This document shows positions 62,825-64,000 of a stretch of DNA of 64,000 nt, piece after piece. Below the pieces are notes generated by a model. That model did not search any database, was not told the origin of the DNA, and saw only the letters and a program-made list of their open reading frames with translations. A program made the position numbers and the translations under genes. Origin of the DNA: Perna viridis (lineage: Eukaryota); the NCBI GenBank assembly GCA_037379345.1, contig CM074519.1, forward strand, positions 18,254,103 through 18,318,102, written 5' to 3'. Position 1 is the stretch's first letter. Every line of letters begins with the position of its first letter.

Positions 62825-63496
62825 GTATGGTGAAGATGATATTGTAAATGTGTATTTGATCCGGGCAACAATCGGTGATTGATGACTGATCGCAATTTTT
62901 GTTGCACGGATCAGTTCAGGTACTGTATTTATTTCTTATGCTTTACTTGAGACAGCTGGAAAATTAAGGAAAACATTTTTTGTATATTTGAAAATAATTC
63001 AATATGATTTGTATGAAGCCTTTTGGGCAAGCTTGGTTATTTTCCATAGACTAACTTTGTACTGTGACATCATAAGCATAGATGTTTCACAGTCTAAAAT
63101 TTAGATTCATGGTTCATGAAGCATAAACAGCTCTAAAATTGGTTATTTCCCATAACTTGGTCAAAAATTAAAAAAAAAAACAATCTTTAATGAATTTCTC
63201 AGATATTGCCTTAGAAAATTGAGAAAACTTAACAATATTCTTATTGTTGTTCATGCTGTGACAAATTTTTCAAATTTAGAATTTTTCCCATATCAGAACA
63301 AAAAATATTCAAAAATTATGCTCCAAAAGTTTACAATATTCTTATCGTTTTTGATGTTATTACAGGTTTTTAAAAAAGTAATTTTCGTTTTTAGGTAAAA
63401 GCTTCTCGATACCAAAAAGAATAGAATTTAAATAATTTTGCTCAAAGAAATTATACTTTGCAGGATTCACTAAGTTTTGTTGCTCATGATTTTCAG

Positions 63497-63631
63497 CTGG
63501 CGGAAGGTAGTGGAATATGTTGACTCACAGTTCCAGTTATATTACCAAGCTGAAAGTGGTTTGAACAGGAAAAATATCCAGGACACACGTATACACTGCT
63601 GTCTTTACTTCATATCTCCATACGGGCATGG
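63497..63631 (+). CDS. Septin gene 2 exon; gene continues beyond the window
   Basis: ttttcag acceptor, GG|gtatgt donor, phase 2-2. [46 protein letters not shown]. Confidence 0.96.
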
Positions 63632-64000
63632 GTATGTAGGTCCTTGAAATTTCCAAAATGATTCTGTAAAAAGTAATATTGTGTATTCTTTGTTCTAATA
63701 TGACATGTTTCAAAGTTTTTTTTGACTTCATCTGCAGTAAAACGTTGATAAACATATAACCAATGTCGTAGACTCATGACAATTTTTTTCCCCAATTTTA
63801 ACGACATCACAGCACCATTTTGTGCAACACTTAGGCTACATCTTTTTTAAATTATGAAGGAACTAGTCCTGTTAAAATAGAATGCTCAGGGTAAAATAAT
63901 ACAACATAAAAAGCCTGCCTATAGTAAAAATAATGATAAAATGGAGTTTCCATGATTTATTTCTTAAAAAGATTGTTTTAAATTTACCTATACTGGTATA

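Noticed and set aside
636-63631. A single septin gene in scrambled order (the last exon ends at HG and the first exon begins right after HG)
   Set aside because: The order is incompatible with cis-splicing and each half runs off its own window edge. A shared intron position in two paralogues explains the coincidence.

Overview
AT-rich, intron-rich animal genomic DNA. The SINE and MITE repertoire suggests a bivalve mollusc (inference). Two SEPT2-group (group 2B) septin genes lie head-to-tail on the + strand. Gene 1 (SEPT2/Sep1-like) is present as its 3' half: coding exons 636-7059, a candidate 30-nt microexon, a probable intron just after the stop codon, and a long 3' UTR to about 10.2-11.2 kb. 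Gene 2 (most like protostome Sep4 / vertebrate SEPT4/5) is present as its 5' half: four GTPase-core exons at 58691-63631, continuing beyond the window. The ~47 kb upstream of the gene 2 core holds several candidate alternative first or N-terminal exons that end in phase 0, matching the phase-0 core acceptor. One is a 1.9-kb exon encoding about 629 aa of low-complexity sequence. This suggests a variable N-terminus / constant core design. The remainder is MITEs (several nested, with readable target-site duplications), Meta-type SINEs, a Penelope-like RT fragment, tandem repeats, a pervasive 14-bp motif, and a small antisense two-TM ORF. Exon models come from reading splice signals and reading frames by eye, with no transcript data.
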